Shown here: positions 1 to 13,140 of the stretch, piece after piece
Numbering within the stretch: the stretch's first letter is position 1
Layout: each line of letters starts with the position of its first letter
Assembly: GCF_009914755.1 (NCBI RefSeq)
Contig: NC_060947.1
Source: the human T2T-CHM13v2.0 reference genome, Homo sapiens
Length of the DNA: 64,000 bases
Reading direction: 5' to 3' (one strand)
Translations under genes and position numbers: made by a program
Notes under the pieces: model-generated
Databases searched by the model: none
What the model was told of the DNA's origin: nothing
The model's input: the letters and a program-made list of their open reading frames with translations, nothing else

Positions 1-519
1 TGTCTGTTTATGCCCTTTGCTTACTTTTTGATGTGGCTGTTTGTTTTTTTCTTGAAAATTTGTTTAAGTTTCTTATAGATGCTAGACCTTTTCAGATGCA
101 TAGTTTGCAAACATTTTCTCATGTCTGTTCACTCTGTTAATAGTTTCCTTTGTTATGTAGAAGCTCATTAGTTTAATTGGATTGCATTTGTCCATTTTTG
201 CTATTGTTGCAACTGCTTTTGGTGTCTTCATCATGAAATATTTGTCCGTTCCTATGTCCAGAATTGTATTGCCTAGGTTGTCTTCCAGGGTTTTTATAGT
301 TTTGGGTTTTACATTGAAGTCTTTAAACCATCTTGAGTTAATTTTTGTATATGGTATGAGGAAGGGTTCTAGTTTCAGTTTTCTGCAAATGGCTTGCCAG
401 TTATCCCAGCACCATTTATTGAATAGGGAATCCTTTCCCCACTGCTTGTTTTTGTCAGGTTTGTTGAAGATCAGATAGTTGTAGGTGTGTGGCCTTATTT
501 ATGGGTTCTCTATTGTCGT
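1..519 (-). mobile_element. L1 (L1PB/old L1PA-like) fragment, 3' part of ORF2; continues beyond the window start
   Basis: Antisense L1 ORF2 C-terminal sequence (e.g. ttatcccagcaccatttattgaatagggaatcctttcccc). Joins an earlier part of ORF2 abruptly near 519. Confidence 0.85.
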
Positions 520-3500
520 CTAGATTTTCTAATTTATTGGCATATAGTTGCTCACAGTAGCCACTAATGATCCTTTGAATTTCTGCAGTATCATTTTGCA
601 ATGTCTCCTTTTTTATTCTGATTTTATTTATTTAGTTCTTCTCTCTTTTTTTCTTACTCTGGGTAAAGGTTTGTCAATTTTGTTGACCTTTTTTGTTTTC
701 AAAAAAACCCTTTTTTCCTTGATCTTTTGTATTGTTTTCTTCATTTTAGTTTCTTTATTTGTGCTCTAACCTTTATTATTTTTTCTTCTACTAATTTAGG
801 GTTTGGTTTGCTCTTGCTTTTCTAGTTCCTTAAGATGCATCATTATGTTGTTTATGTTTTTCTTCTTATTTGATGTAAGCACTTATAGCTGTAAAGTTCC
901 CTGTGAGTCCCGCTCTTACTGTATCCCATAGGTTTTGGTATATTGTGTTTCCATTATCATCTGTTTTGAGAAAATTTTCAGTTTCTTTCAGAATTTCTTC
1001 ATTGACCCACTCTTCATTTAGGGGCATATTCTTCGTTGACCCACTGTTCATTTAGGAGCATATTCTATGGATTTCTGTAGTTTCCAAAGTTCCTCTTGTT
1101 ATTGATTTCTAGTATTATTCCACTGTGATCAGAGAAGATGCTTGATGGTATTTCAATTGTTTTGAATGTTTTCAGACTTGTTTTGTGACCTAACATATGG
1201 TCTATCTTTGAGAATGAACCATGTGCTGAAGAAAAGAATGTGTACTCTGTAGCCATTGGATGAATTGTTCTGTAAATATCTGTTAGGTTTATTTGCTCTA
1301 TAGTGCAGTTGAAGTCCAATGTTTCCTTGTTGATTTTTTTGTCTGGAAGATATCCAGTGCAGAATGTGTGGTGTTGAAGTCTCTAGTGATTATTATATTG
1401 TAGTCTACCTCTCTCTTTAGCTTTAATAATATTTGCTTTATATATCTTGGTACTCCAGTGATGGGTACACATATTTTCACAATTGTTATATCCTCTTGCC
1501 AAATTGACGCCTTTATCATTATATTTTTGCCTTCTTTGTTTCTTCTTACAGATTTTGTCCCAGTATAGCCCTCCTTCTCTTTTTTAGTTTCCACTGGCAT
1601 GGAATATCTTCTTCCATCCCTTTATTTGCAGTCTACATGTGTCTTTATAGGTGAAGTGTGTTAATTGTAGGCAACAGATCGATGGGTCTTTTTTTTTTAA
1701 TCCATTCCACCACTCTTTGTCTTTTGATTGGAGAATTTAGCCCATTTATATTCTGTGTTATTATTGATAAGTAAGGACTTACTTCTGCCATTTTGTTGTT
1801 GGTTTTCCTATTTTTTTGTGGGCTGCTCTTCCTTCCTTTTTTCCTTCCTGTCTTCCTTTTAGCAAAGGTTTTCTTTGGTGATATGGTTTAGTTTCTTACT
1901 TTTTTGTTTTCTGTGTATCCTTTGTATGATTTTGTTTTGAGGTCACCATGAGGCTTGTAAATACTATCTCATAACTCACTATTTTAAGCTGATAACAACT
2001 TAACACTGTTTGCACTAACAAACAAAAAGAAAACTAATAAAAACTCAGTGCCTTAACTTAATCCTCCTGCTTTTTATTTCTTTTTTGTGTCTATGTATAT
2101 CTTATTGTACAGACTATGTCTTGAAAAGTTGTTGTAGTTAGTAGTTTTGATTGGGTCATCATTTAGTCTGTCTACTTAGAGTTAAGAGTGGTTTACACGC
2201 CACTGTTATGGTGTTACAATATTTTGTGTCTTTCTGTGTATTTACTATTACCAGTAAGTTTTGTACCTTCAGGTGATTATTTATTGCTCAGTAATGTCCT
2301 TTTCTTTCTGTTTCAAGTACTCCCTTTAGCATTTCTTGTAGGACATATCTGGCATTTATGAAATTCCTCAGTTCTTGTTTGTCTGGGTAACTATTTCTCC
2401 TTCATGTTTGAAGGATATTTTCTCTGTATATACTATTCTAGGGTAAAAGCATTTTTTCCTTTAGCATTTTAAATACGTCATGCCACACACTCTTGGCCTT
2501 TAAGGTTTCCACTGAAAAGTCTGCTGACAGAAGTATTGGAGACTCCTTGTCTGTTATTTTTTTCTCTTCTCTTGCTGCTTTTAGGATTTTTTCTTTATCC
2601 TTGACCTTCGGGAGTTTGATTATTAAATGGCTCAAGGCCGTCTTTTTAGGTAAAATCTTCTTGGTGTTCTATCACCTTCTTGTATCTGAATATTGATATC
2701 TTTCTCTCTGTTTGGGAAGTTCTCTTTTATTATCCCTTTGATTAAAATTTCTATCCTTACCTCTTTCTCCATCTCCTTTTTAGGGCCACTAACTCTTAGA
2801 TTTGTCTGTCTGTGGCTATTTTCTAGATCCTGTAGGCATGCTTCATTGCTTCTTATTATTTTTTCTTTTGTCTTCTCTGACGACATATTTTCAAATAGCC
2901 TGTCTTGAAACTCACTATTCTTTCTTCTGCTTGATCAGTTCTGCTCTTAAAAGACTCTGGCACATTCTTCAATATGTCAATTTTTTTTCACTTCCAGAAT
3001 TTCTTCTTGATTTTTTAAAATTATTTCAATATCTTTGTTATTTCCATCTGATACAATTCTGAATTCCTTCTCTGTGTTTTCTTGAAATTCTTTGAGTTTC
3101 CTCAACACAGCTATTTTGAATTCTCTATCTGAAAAGTCACATATCTCTGTTTCTCCAGAATTGTTCCCTGGTGGCTTATTTAGTTTATTTGGTGACATGA
3201 TGTTTTCCTGCATTTTCTTGATACTTTTAGCTGTTCTTCTGTGGGTGGGCATTGAAGAGTTAGGTATTTATTATAGTCTTTGCAGGCTGGGCTTTCATGT
3301 ACCTGTCCGTCTTGGGAAGGCTTTCCAGATATTTGAATGTATGTATGTGTTGTGATCTAAGCTGTATCTGCTTTAGGGGGCACTCCAAGCCTAGTAATGC
3401 TGTGGTTCTTGCAGACTCATAGAAGTATTGTCTTGATGGTCTTGGACAATATCTGGGAGAATTCTCTCCATTACCAGGCAGAGACTCTTGTTCTCTTCCC

Positions 3501-5270
3501 TTACTTTCTCCCAAACAGTCTCTCTCTCTCTCTGTTGGGAGCCACCTGAAGCTGGGGGTGGATTGACACAAGTGCCCCTGTGGCCACCACCATTATGACT
3601 GCACTGGGTCAGACTTGAAGCCAGCACAGTACTAGTTCTCGCCCAAGGCCTGCTGCAACCACGTTCTGGCTTCCACCTATGTTTGCTCAAGACCCTGTGG
3701 CTGTACAATTAGAAAGTGTCAAAACCAGCAAGGCCTGTGTCCTTTGCTTTTGGGTAGTGAGTTCCTCCAGGCCCTAGGTGGGTCTAGAGGTATTATCCAG
3801 GAGCCAGAGACTAGAGTCAAACACCTTAGAATTCTACCTGGTGTTCTATTGTCCTGCGGCTTAGCTGACAATCAAATCACAAGAGAAAGTCCTTACCACT
3901 CTTCCCTTCCCTTTTCAAAGGCAGAAGAGCCTCACCCCATGGCCGCTGCAACCACAGGCTTACAGGGAGTACTGACAGACTACCACTGATGTTCCCTTAA
4001 GGCCCAAAGGCTCTTCAGTCACCTTGTGGTGAATGCTGCCTATTCTGGGCAGTAGGCACCCCTCTAGCCTAGGGCAGGCCCGAAAGTTGGATTATAGGCC
4101 ATCCAAGAGCCAATGCCTAGAACCTGGGACCCCAAGAGCCTGCTTGGTGCTCTACACCCTTGTGGCCAAGCTGGTACCTAAAGTACAAGTCAGTGTCCCA
4201 TTTTCTTTTCCCTCTGCTTTTGTAAAGCATAAGGACTCTCTCCCAATAGCCACTACAGCTTGGAATGTGCATTGCCTGAAGCCAGCATGTCTCAGAGTCT
4301 CACTCAAGGCCCTCAATGTAGTACCTGGGTATCATAGCTGGTTATTCAGGGCCCAAGGGCTCTTCGTTTAGCATGTGAAGACTGCTGCCAGGAATGGGTC
4401 CTTCCCTTCAAGGCAGTAGGTTTCTTTCTGGCCCAGGGTGTGTCTAGAAATGTGGTTTGGGTGTTAGGCCCTGGAAAGTGCATTTCACAACCCTGATTGG
4501 TGCTCTATCCTGCTGCAGCTGAGCTGGTATACAAGATGCAAGATAAAGTCCTTTCCACTCTTCCCTCTTATCTCCTCAGGTAGAATGAAGGGGTCTCTTT
4601 TGGAACCACAAGCTATGGAGCCTAGGGTTAGAGGAGTGGTGATGCCAGCACTCCCTTAGCCACCCTACCTGGTGTCTCAGGTTGTCTGCCCCCCTCAGTC
4701 CACTCTCTCTGGGCCCAGTTCAGCACTAAGACTCTCCTAGGAGTTGCAGCCCTTGTGGCCTAGACTGCCTTTCAAGTTTACTTACAGCCCTGGAGCACTT
4801 TAGCTCATGGTAGCGAGGATTGTGGGAATTCATGTTTCAACTGCTGACATGGGTAATTCACCTGTAGCTAGGGCCGTTTTAAATCCTCTCTCCATGTGCA
4901 GGCATCAGCTGAGTTTGGTTCAGTTTTTTTCTTACTGCTCTAAGAGGACAGCACTGAGGTCAATGCCTCACAATTTTTGCACTCTCCCTCCCCCAACACA
5001 CAGAAATGCTCTTCCACACCATGCCACCACTGCTGGGGGCAGAGGTGGAGGGTGGGGTAGGGGTGGCATCAGCAATTCAAGACTTCTTTCTACCGCTTCA
5101 GTGCCTCTTTCATTGATATGAAGTTAAAATCTGCTACTGAATGCTCACCTGATTTTTGGTTCATTTGAAGGTGCTTTTTTTGTGTAGATGGTTGTTAAAT
5201 TGGTGTCCTTCCTTGGTGGGGGGGCAATCAGTGGGGACTTCTAGTCTACCATCTTGCTTCACCTCTCTCC
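520..5270 (-). mobile_element. Old L1 (L1PB/L1MA-type 5'UTR): 5'UTR, degenerate ORF1, inter-ORF region and ORF2 endonuclease
   Basis: ORF track shows EN peptides (LTDIYRTIHP..., SDHSG at 1065-1319) and ORF1 peptides (2438-3252). The 5' end ...ccatcttgcttcacctctctcc lies near 5270. Confidence 0.9.
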
Positions 5271-6904
5271 CAGCCATTGAGTTTGGAGGCAACTAGTCAC
5301 AGTTGCCTTTAGTGAGGGAAGTGTTCATGTGGGGTGGGCACAGGAGCCAGACTGTGGTGGTCCCCAGGAGTGATCTGCACTTGAGCCCATTGAGGGTGCC
5401 TACTTTCTCAGTCTGTGATGCTCCAGGGAAAACAGAAGCTAGAGAGAAGTTTGGGAGTGGACTGGGGACAAGAGCTAGTCTTAGTGCATGGAAAAGACAA
5501 TAAAATTCTATACTCCAAGGAAGACCCAGTGGGGTACATGTTAAAGGGGGTTGGAGAGAGGGGACCTGAGGAGTACTGGAGAGGCTGGGCACTTGGAGTG
5601 CATGAGGTCCAAGGCAGGACCTCTTTGTCCTTAGGCTGAGGGAGGAGGTATATGGTGATGTGGAGCCTCTATATGGGTGGGGTGGGCAAAGAGTCCCTGG
5701 CTCCGTGCTCTTAATTCTTTTCCTGAGTCAGGTGGGTAGGATGGAATGACTGCTAAAGTGACTGGGAGAGGTTGGTGAGCAAGGTCCTGCTCTTGAGTTA
5801 TGTGATAGGAAGTGGGGGCCCTGGTGGGCATGGGGTGGGGGAAAGGTAGGCATGATTTTCCCAGGAGCGCTCACCGGCCCAGGTATGGGTGGTGTGCAGA
5901 GGCCACTGGGTTCTGCTGTTGGCTTGGGCAGTTGTAGTGTGGGTGACACAGGCCTTTTTGAACTGTACCAGAGTGCCAGGATTAAAAGAGACAGAGGCTG
6001 CAATTGCACATGTGAATTAATTCAAAGGCCGGGGTGGAGGGGGAAGAGCAGATGTCTTCCCATCTCCTCTTTCCTCTTGAGAGGGAAGAGGTAGTGTACA
6101 GCCTAATGGTCAGAGAGTGCCTGAAGGGCAGAGAGGAGCAAAAGCCTGTGGCCCTGGGCAGAGCCTGCTTCAGCTTCAGGGTAGCACAGACCCTCAGCCA
6201 GCGCAGACATCCCTGAGCTGAGCTGAGACTGGTCCTGAGGGGCCCTCCCAGCTTCCCTCCCCTTCCCTCAGCTGTCCCAGCCCCGAGGCTCTGCAGAGGG
6301 AGGAATGGAGTGGGGGAGGGGAGTCAGCAGCCAATCACATCCAGGACAGCCCAAGGCATCTGTACCTGGTGTAACCAATCCCCTCTGAATAAACAGCTCA
6401 CTCAGCTTAGGTTCCCTCCTCCTCTCCCTGCTCTGCCCAGCAACAGCAGAAAGGAGGTTTTAGGAGGAGAAGGAGGCCCTACAACTCCCAGCCCCTGGCA
6501 GCAAAGAGCTGGGCCCCAGGCTCACTCTATATAGGGAGGTTAAAACAATACTTGGAGTTCCTGCAGCCCAGGCAAAATATCCCTAGGGACCCTCAAGGCT
6601 GTGCAAGCCCAACTCTCTCACAGACAGGAACTCATATATTACAGAGATCCTGATCCTTGGAGTGGTGGGCTACAAGCCAGTCTCATTCCCTCCACAGCTC
6701 TGGGGGAGGCCCTGGGATGAAAGTCTGAATGGCAGAGACACGGTTCTGAAGGAGATGGACAGCGAGAAGTCACACACATGCCTGTTTAGAAAGTGAGTAG
6801 TCCTGGGAAGCAAAACACAGAGTGTTATGCAGTAAAATAAGAGGGGACTTGATTTAGATTGGCTTTCACAGTCCTTCTTGGTTTTACCTTTTTTTTTTGT
6901 CCAG

Positions 6905-7021
6905 ATTTATAATGACTATTTCATTCACTACTTTGCCCCCAGAGGCCTTCCACCTATGGAGAAGAATGTGGTTTTTGTTATTGACATAAGTGGCTTCATG
7001 TTTGGTACCAAGATGAAACAG
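6905..7021 (+). pseudogene. Orphan ITIH6-like exon (start of the vWA domain), 117 nt, phase 0-0
   Basis: Polypyrimidine tract + CAG, then [39 protein letters not shown], then GTAACA donor. Closely matches the recalled ITIH6 peptide [39 protein letters not shown]. No following exon found in the window. Confidence 0.85.
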
Positions 7022-7699
7022 GTAACAAGGATCCTGGAGACCTTTCTTAGTGCTAGCATCAGAAGGCCCAGAAATCAGACAGTGTGGTAACAATGGGATC
7101 CTAGAAGGAGAGATTCCACCACCCCATGACCCTTGAGTCTTACAGACTTGGGCCTACCCTAGGGTCCTTATATCTTACCTAACAGGAGCCTGTGGACCTG
7201 GAGCCACAGAGTCCTAAGAACATTGACACATTGTTCTATGGGGACTGAAACCATTGAGACCCTCAACCACAAAAGCCGAGAGTCATATAGGACTCTTAAG
7301 CTAGAGCATCCTGGGATCCTAGAATCCAGAAGCAAGAAAACCTTAGGTCACAGAGGCTCTGATTCTTTCTGAGGTCACAGGGTTTTGGGTTTGATAATTG
7401 TTTTTTAAATTTTACTTTAAAGGCCTAATAGTATAGAGTACTGGCATTACAGAATTAGAAACCATACAGTCTGGAGCCATATCAATTTTAATCTTGCTGC
7501 ACTTCTACTACTGTGCCCATGGGTCAGAGTTTTGAGGCCGTAGACCAAGCAGGCTTTGACTTTAGCCCCTGAATCCATAAAGTTCTGCAAGCAGCATTTC
7601 ATACCATAATACCCTGGAGCTTTTGTTCAGGTGTCCTGTGATTTTATAGCTTTTGTTCCTTTATCTTTCAACCACAGAGCCCTTGGGACCTAAGGCTGA

Positions 7700-9430
7700 G
7701 TTTGTTTTACCAGAGTTGAGCAACCTGAGGAAAGAAGGGTAGTTCTCCAAGCCAGCTTCCAAGCCCCAGTGTAGGGGAAGAGATCTCCTCAAATCCAGCC
7801 CTTTCTAGCCTTCTTGTCTCACTGAAGAGGGGTACAATCTCAGAAGCACTTGTGAAGTTTCTACCCCAGGGACACCAGTTCACTAAAAGACTGAGACCGC
7901 CTCATAAGAGTATAGAATGCTTCCTCTCACTCCACACATTATCACCACATCAGCTGGGCTCCTCGGCAATAATAGAGTATTATAGCTGATAGAACTACAA
8001 GTCCTACACCATGTTTAAGAAAATGTTCCTAGGGAAAACCAAAGATAACAGAAACAACAAAAACATGGACACTAGAAATAATTTCAGTCTCTGTCACCTA
8101 TAAATGTTCCAAACAGTAAACATTACCTAACTCTTAGTAAGAGTTAGGTAATGAGTTAGGTAATCCCAAAACTAAAAGCCTTTTAGTGTTGGTAAATCCC
8201 AACACTAAAAGCCTTTTAGTTTAGTTCCTTTTACCTGATACATCATGCGTGGCTTTCAACCTAAAATGAGAAGGCATGCTAAAAGGAGAAAAACACTGTC
8301 TGAAGAGACAAAAGAATCATCACAACCAGACTTTGATATGTCACAGATGTTGGGATTATCAAGCTGAGAATTTAAAAAAACTCATGATTTATATGCTATG
8401 GGCATTAATCGGTATGGTGCACAACATGCAAGGACAACTCATGGTAATGTAAGCAGTGGTATGAAAATGCTAGGAAAATAAAAAAGAAATGCTAGATATC
8501 AGAAACACTGTAACAGGAATGAAAAATGTCTTTGATTGGTTCATCAGTAGACTAGATATGGCTGGGGAGAGCATCAGTGAACTTGAGGGTATGTCCATGG
8601 AAATTCTTCAAGCTGAAAACCAAAAAGAAAAAAAAATTCAAAGATACCCCAGAATATCCAAGAATTTTGGGTCAATTATAAAAGTGTAACATATGCATAT
8701 TACTGTGAGAATAGTAATTATTTTTATGAGACTAATAGAAGGAGAAAGAAGAGAGAAAGGAACAGAAGAAATATTTGAAGTAATAATAGATACAAATTTT
8801 CCAAAATAAATTATGGACACCAAACCTCAGGTCCAAGGACCTCAGGGAACTATAAGCAGGATAAATACTAAGAAATTCAAACCTAGGTGTATCATATTCT
8901 CATGATGGAAAAATGAAAGACGAAGAGAAAATCTTTCTAAAATCCAGAGGAAAAAAGTACCTTATTTATAGAGGAGCGAGGATATGAATTGCATGAGACT
9001 TCTTTTCTGAAATCATGGAAGCAAGAAGAGAGTAAAGTGAAATATTACAAGTGTTGTAGGACTGAAAGTAGAAAGATAGCTGGTGTGCTTGTATTAATGC
9101 TAGAACAAATATACTTTGAATCAAGAGATATTACCTTATATAAAGATGAATATTTTTAATGATAAAGGGATCAATTCAGTTATAAGGCATATTTATAAAT
9201 TTGTATTCAACCCTATCAATAGTTGAAATATGTAAAACAAAATTTGACAGAAATAAAAGGATAAATGAATAAAATTGCAGTCATAAGTAATGATTTAAAC
9301 ATAATTCAGTAACTGATAAAACAGTTTAGTTAACAAATTTTTAAGGATATAGGTAATTTGAACAAGAATGTTTAACAGTTTGACATAAATGATATTTGTG
9401 GACCACTGCATGCAATAACAGAGTTTACCT
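7700..9430 (+). mobile_element. Ancient L1 (L1MC/L1MD-like) 5' region, ORF1 remnant and part of EN
   Basis: ORF1-like peptide at 8489-8689 (...ISRLDMAGESISELE...) in A-rich L1 sense sequence. Confidence 0.7.
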
Positions 9431-9785
9431 TCTTTTCTTTCTTCACTTTTTGACAAACAAAATTGTACATATTTAACGGGATACAACACGATGTTCTGAA
9501 ATATGTATATGTGTGGAATGGCTAAATCAAGCTGTTTAACATATGCATTACCTCACATCATTTCTTTGTGGTGAGAATACCGAAAATGTGCTCTTAGCAA
9601 TTTTCACATATACAGTACATTGTCATTAAGTATGTATCACTGTATTGTACAATAGATCTTTGGAACTCATTCTTCCTGCCTAACTGAAATTTTGTATTCT
9701 TTGAACAACATCTTCTAATCCCCCACCTCTCCAGAACTTGGTAACCACCATTTTATTCTCTACTTCTGAGTTCCACTATTTTTTT

Positions 9786-10249
9786 GTAAGTGAAAGAAAG
9801 TTTAAGAAAGTAGAAGGATACGAGAATGGCTACTCCATAAACAGAGAAGCCCCGAGGGCTGCTGGTTGCCCATTTTTATGGTTATTTCTTGATAATATGC
9901 TAAACAAGGGGTGGATTATTCATGCCTCTCCTTTTTAGACCATATAGGGAAACTTCCTGACATTGCCATGGCATTTGTCAACTGTCATGGCTCTGGTGAG
10001 AGTGTAGCAGAGAAGATGACCAGAGGATACTCTTGTGGTCATCTTGGTTTTGGTGGGTTTTGGCCACCTTCTTTACTGCAACCTATTTTATCAGCAAGGT
10101 CTTCATGACCTGTATCTTGCACCGACTCCTATTTCATCCTGTGACTTAGAATGCCTTAACCATCTGGGAATGCAGCCCATTAGGTCTCAGCCTCATTTTA
10201 CCCAGTTCCCATTCAAGATGGAGTTGCTCTGGTTCACGCTCCTCTGACA
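9786..10249 (-). mobile_element. MER41A-type 3' LTR, U3-R only (U5 absent)
   Basis: Minus strand begins TGTCAGAGG...GAACCAGAGCAACTCCATCTTGAA (MER41 start) and has a CATAAAA box at 9874-9880. It stops just after the degenerate poly(A) signal region. Confidence 0.85.
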
Positions 10250-10487
10250 TTTCCCCCCTCTCTTTTTATAAAAGAACCCATAATCCTAAAGGTGGCAGAG
10301 GGAAAAAGATCCATCTTCTATAACTTCTTCAGGCTGAATAGGGGTGATGACATTCCTGCCTATTAGGGTCTCTTGTGTTCAGGGTAGAGAGAAGCTCAGT
10401 CAGAACGCATCAGTATGGTGAGGGCCATTCATGATTCTTGGTGATATCTGGAAGATCAATAGGTGTTCAGTTTAAGAAAACATTCAG

Positions 10488-13140
10488 GCATTTGCTAGCA
10501 AGTTGGCTGAATAGGAACAGCTTCGGTCTGCAGCTCCCAGCGAGATTGGCACAGAAGGTGGGTGATTTCTGCATTTCCAGTTGAGCATTCGCTGGTGATA
10601 CCCAGGCAAACAGGGTCGGGAGTGGACCCCCAGCAAATTCCAGCAGACTGGCAGCAGAGGAGCCTGACTGTCAGAAGGAAAATTAATAAACAGAAAGGAA
10701 TAGCACGTCCACTCAAAGACCCCATCTGAAGGCCACCAACATCAAAGAAGAAAGGTAGATACATCCACAAAGTTGGGGAGAAACCAGCGCAAAAAGGATG
10801 AAAATTCCAAAAACCAGAACACCTCTTATCCTCCAAAGGATCACAACTTCTCACTAGCAAGGGAACAAAACTGGACAGAGAATGAGTTTGACAAATTGAT
10901 GGAAGTAGACTTCAGAAGGTGGGTAATAACAAACTCCTCCGAGCTAAAGGAGCATGTTCTAACCCAATGCAAGGAAGCTAACAACCTTGAAAAAAGGTTA
11001 GATGAATTGCTAACTAGAATAACCAGTGTAGAGAAGAACATAAATGACCTGATGGAGCTGAAAAACACAGCAGGAGAACTTCGTGAAGCATACACAAGTT
11101 TCAATAGCTGCAATGATCAAGCAGAAGAAAGGATAACAGTGATTTAAGATCAACTTAATGAAATAAAGAGAGAAGAAAAGATTAGAGAGAAAAAAATTAA
11201 AAGGAATTAACAAAGCCTCCAAGAAATATAGGACTACGTGAAATGAACAAACCGTGTTCAATTGGTGTACCTGAAAGTGATGAGGAGAATGGAACCAAAT
11301 GGAAAACACTCTTCAGGAGATTATCCAGGAGAACTTCCCCAACCTAGCAAGGCAGGCCAACATTCAAATTCAGGAAATAGAACACCACAAAGAGCAACCC
11401 CAAGACATATAATTATCAGATTCACCAAGGTTGAAATGAATGGAAAAATATTAAGGGAAGCCAGAGAGAAAGGTCAGGTTACCCAAAAAGGGAAGCCCAT
11501 CAGACTAACAGCGGATCTCTTTGCAGAAACCCTACAAGCCAGAAGAGAGTGGAGGCCAATATTCAACATTCTTAAAGAAAAGAATTTTCAACTCAGAATT
11601 TCATATCCAGCCAAACTAAGCTTCATAAGTGTAGGAGAAATAACATCCTTTACAGACAAGCAAATGCTGAGAGATTTTTGTCATCACCAGGCCTGCCTTA
11701 CAAGGGCTCTTGAAGGAAACACTAAACATGGAAAGGAACAACCGGTACCAGCCACTGAAAAACCATACCAAATTGTAAAGACCATCGACATTATGAAGAA
11801 ACTGCATCAACTAATGGGCAAAACAACCAGCTAGTGTCATAATGACAAACTTGACACAAGTAATGGAGAAAAGATTCCCTACTTAATAAACGGTGTTGGG
11901 AAAACTGGTTAGCCATATGCAGAAAATGGAAACTGGACCCCTTCCTTACACCTTATACAAAAATCAACTCAAGATGGATCAAAGACTTAAATGTAAGACC
12001 TAGGACCATAAAAATCCTAGAAGAAAACCTGGGCAATACCATTCAGGACATAGGCATGGGCAAAGACTTCATGTCTAAAATACTAAAAGCAATGGTGACA
12101 AAAGCCAAAATTGACAAATGGGATCTAATTAAACTAAAGAGCTTCTGCACAGCAAAAGAAACTATCATCAGAGTGAACAGACAACCTACAGAATGGGAGA
12201 AAATTTTTCCAATCTATCCATCTGACAATGGGTTAATATCCAGAATCTACAATGAACTTAAACAAATTTACAAGAAAAAAACAAACAACCCCATCAAAAA
12301 GTGGGTGAAGGATATGAACAGACACTTCTTAAAAGAAGACATTTATGCAGCCAACAGACATATGAAAAAAAGCTCATCATCACTGGTCATTAGAGAAATG
12401 CAAACCAAAACCACAATGAGGTACCATCTCATGCCAGTTAGAATGGCGATCATTAAAAAGTCAGGAAACAACAGATGCTGGAGAGGATGTGGAGAAATAG
12501 GGACACTTTTACACTATTGGGAGTATACATTAGTTCAACCATTGTGGAAGACAGTGTGGTGATTCCTCAAGGATCTAGAACTAGAAATACCATTTGACCC
12601 CAAAATCCCATTACTGGGTATATACCCAAAGGGTTATAAATCATTCTACTATAAAGACACATACACACGTATGTTTATTGTGGTACTATTCACAATAGCA
12701 GAGACTTGGAACCAAGCCAAAAGTCCATCAACAGTAGACTGGATAAAGACAATGTGGCACATATACACCATGGAATACTATGCAGCCATGAAAAGGATGA
12801 GTTTATGTCCTTTGCTGGGACATGGATGAAGCTGGAAACCATCATTCTCAGCAAACTATGACAAGAACAGAAAACCAAACACTGCATGTTCTCACTCATA
12901 AGTGGGAGTTGAACAATGAGAACACATGGACATAGGGAGGGGAACATCATACACCGGGGTCTGTCAGGTGGTGGGGGGCTAGGGGAGATATAACATTAGG
13001 AGAAATACCTAATGTAGATGATGGGTTGATGGGTGCAGCAAACCACCATGGCACGTGTATACCTATGTAACAAAACTGCACGTTCTGCACATGTACCCCA
13101 GAACTTAAAGCATATATATATATATATATATATATATGTA
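10488..13140 (+). mobile_element. L1PA7/8-like element, ~2.65 kb: spliced 5'UTR, disrupted ORF1, ORF2 internally deleted, intact 3'UTR
   Basis: L1 5' start (caagttggctgaataggaacagc), ORF1 peptide at 10773-11147, ORF2 C-terminus at 12056-12562. Left TSD aagaaaacattcag at 10474-10487; the right copy survives as attcag at 13141-13146. Confidence 0.92.
13112..13137. repeat. (AT)n microsatellite derived from the L1 tail
   Basis: Perfect AT run directly after gaacttaaagc. Confidence 0.95.

Noticed and set aside
5293-6534. Overlapping short ORFs in the G-rich unique segment
   Set aside because: No recognisable protein motifs; probably intron sequence duplicated with the ITIH6-like exon.
6878-7090. 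Standalone 70 aa ORF
   Set aside because: Non-ATG start inside the polypyrimidine tract; similarity is limited to the spliceable exon.
9900-9990. MER41 interferon-inducible STAT1 enhancer
   Set aside because: The LTR reads ...aaaaaggagaggcatgaataatcc... on the minus strand and lacks the tandem GAS-containing segment I recall for MER41B, so it is MER41A-type.
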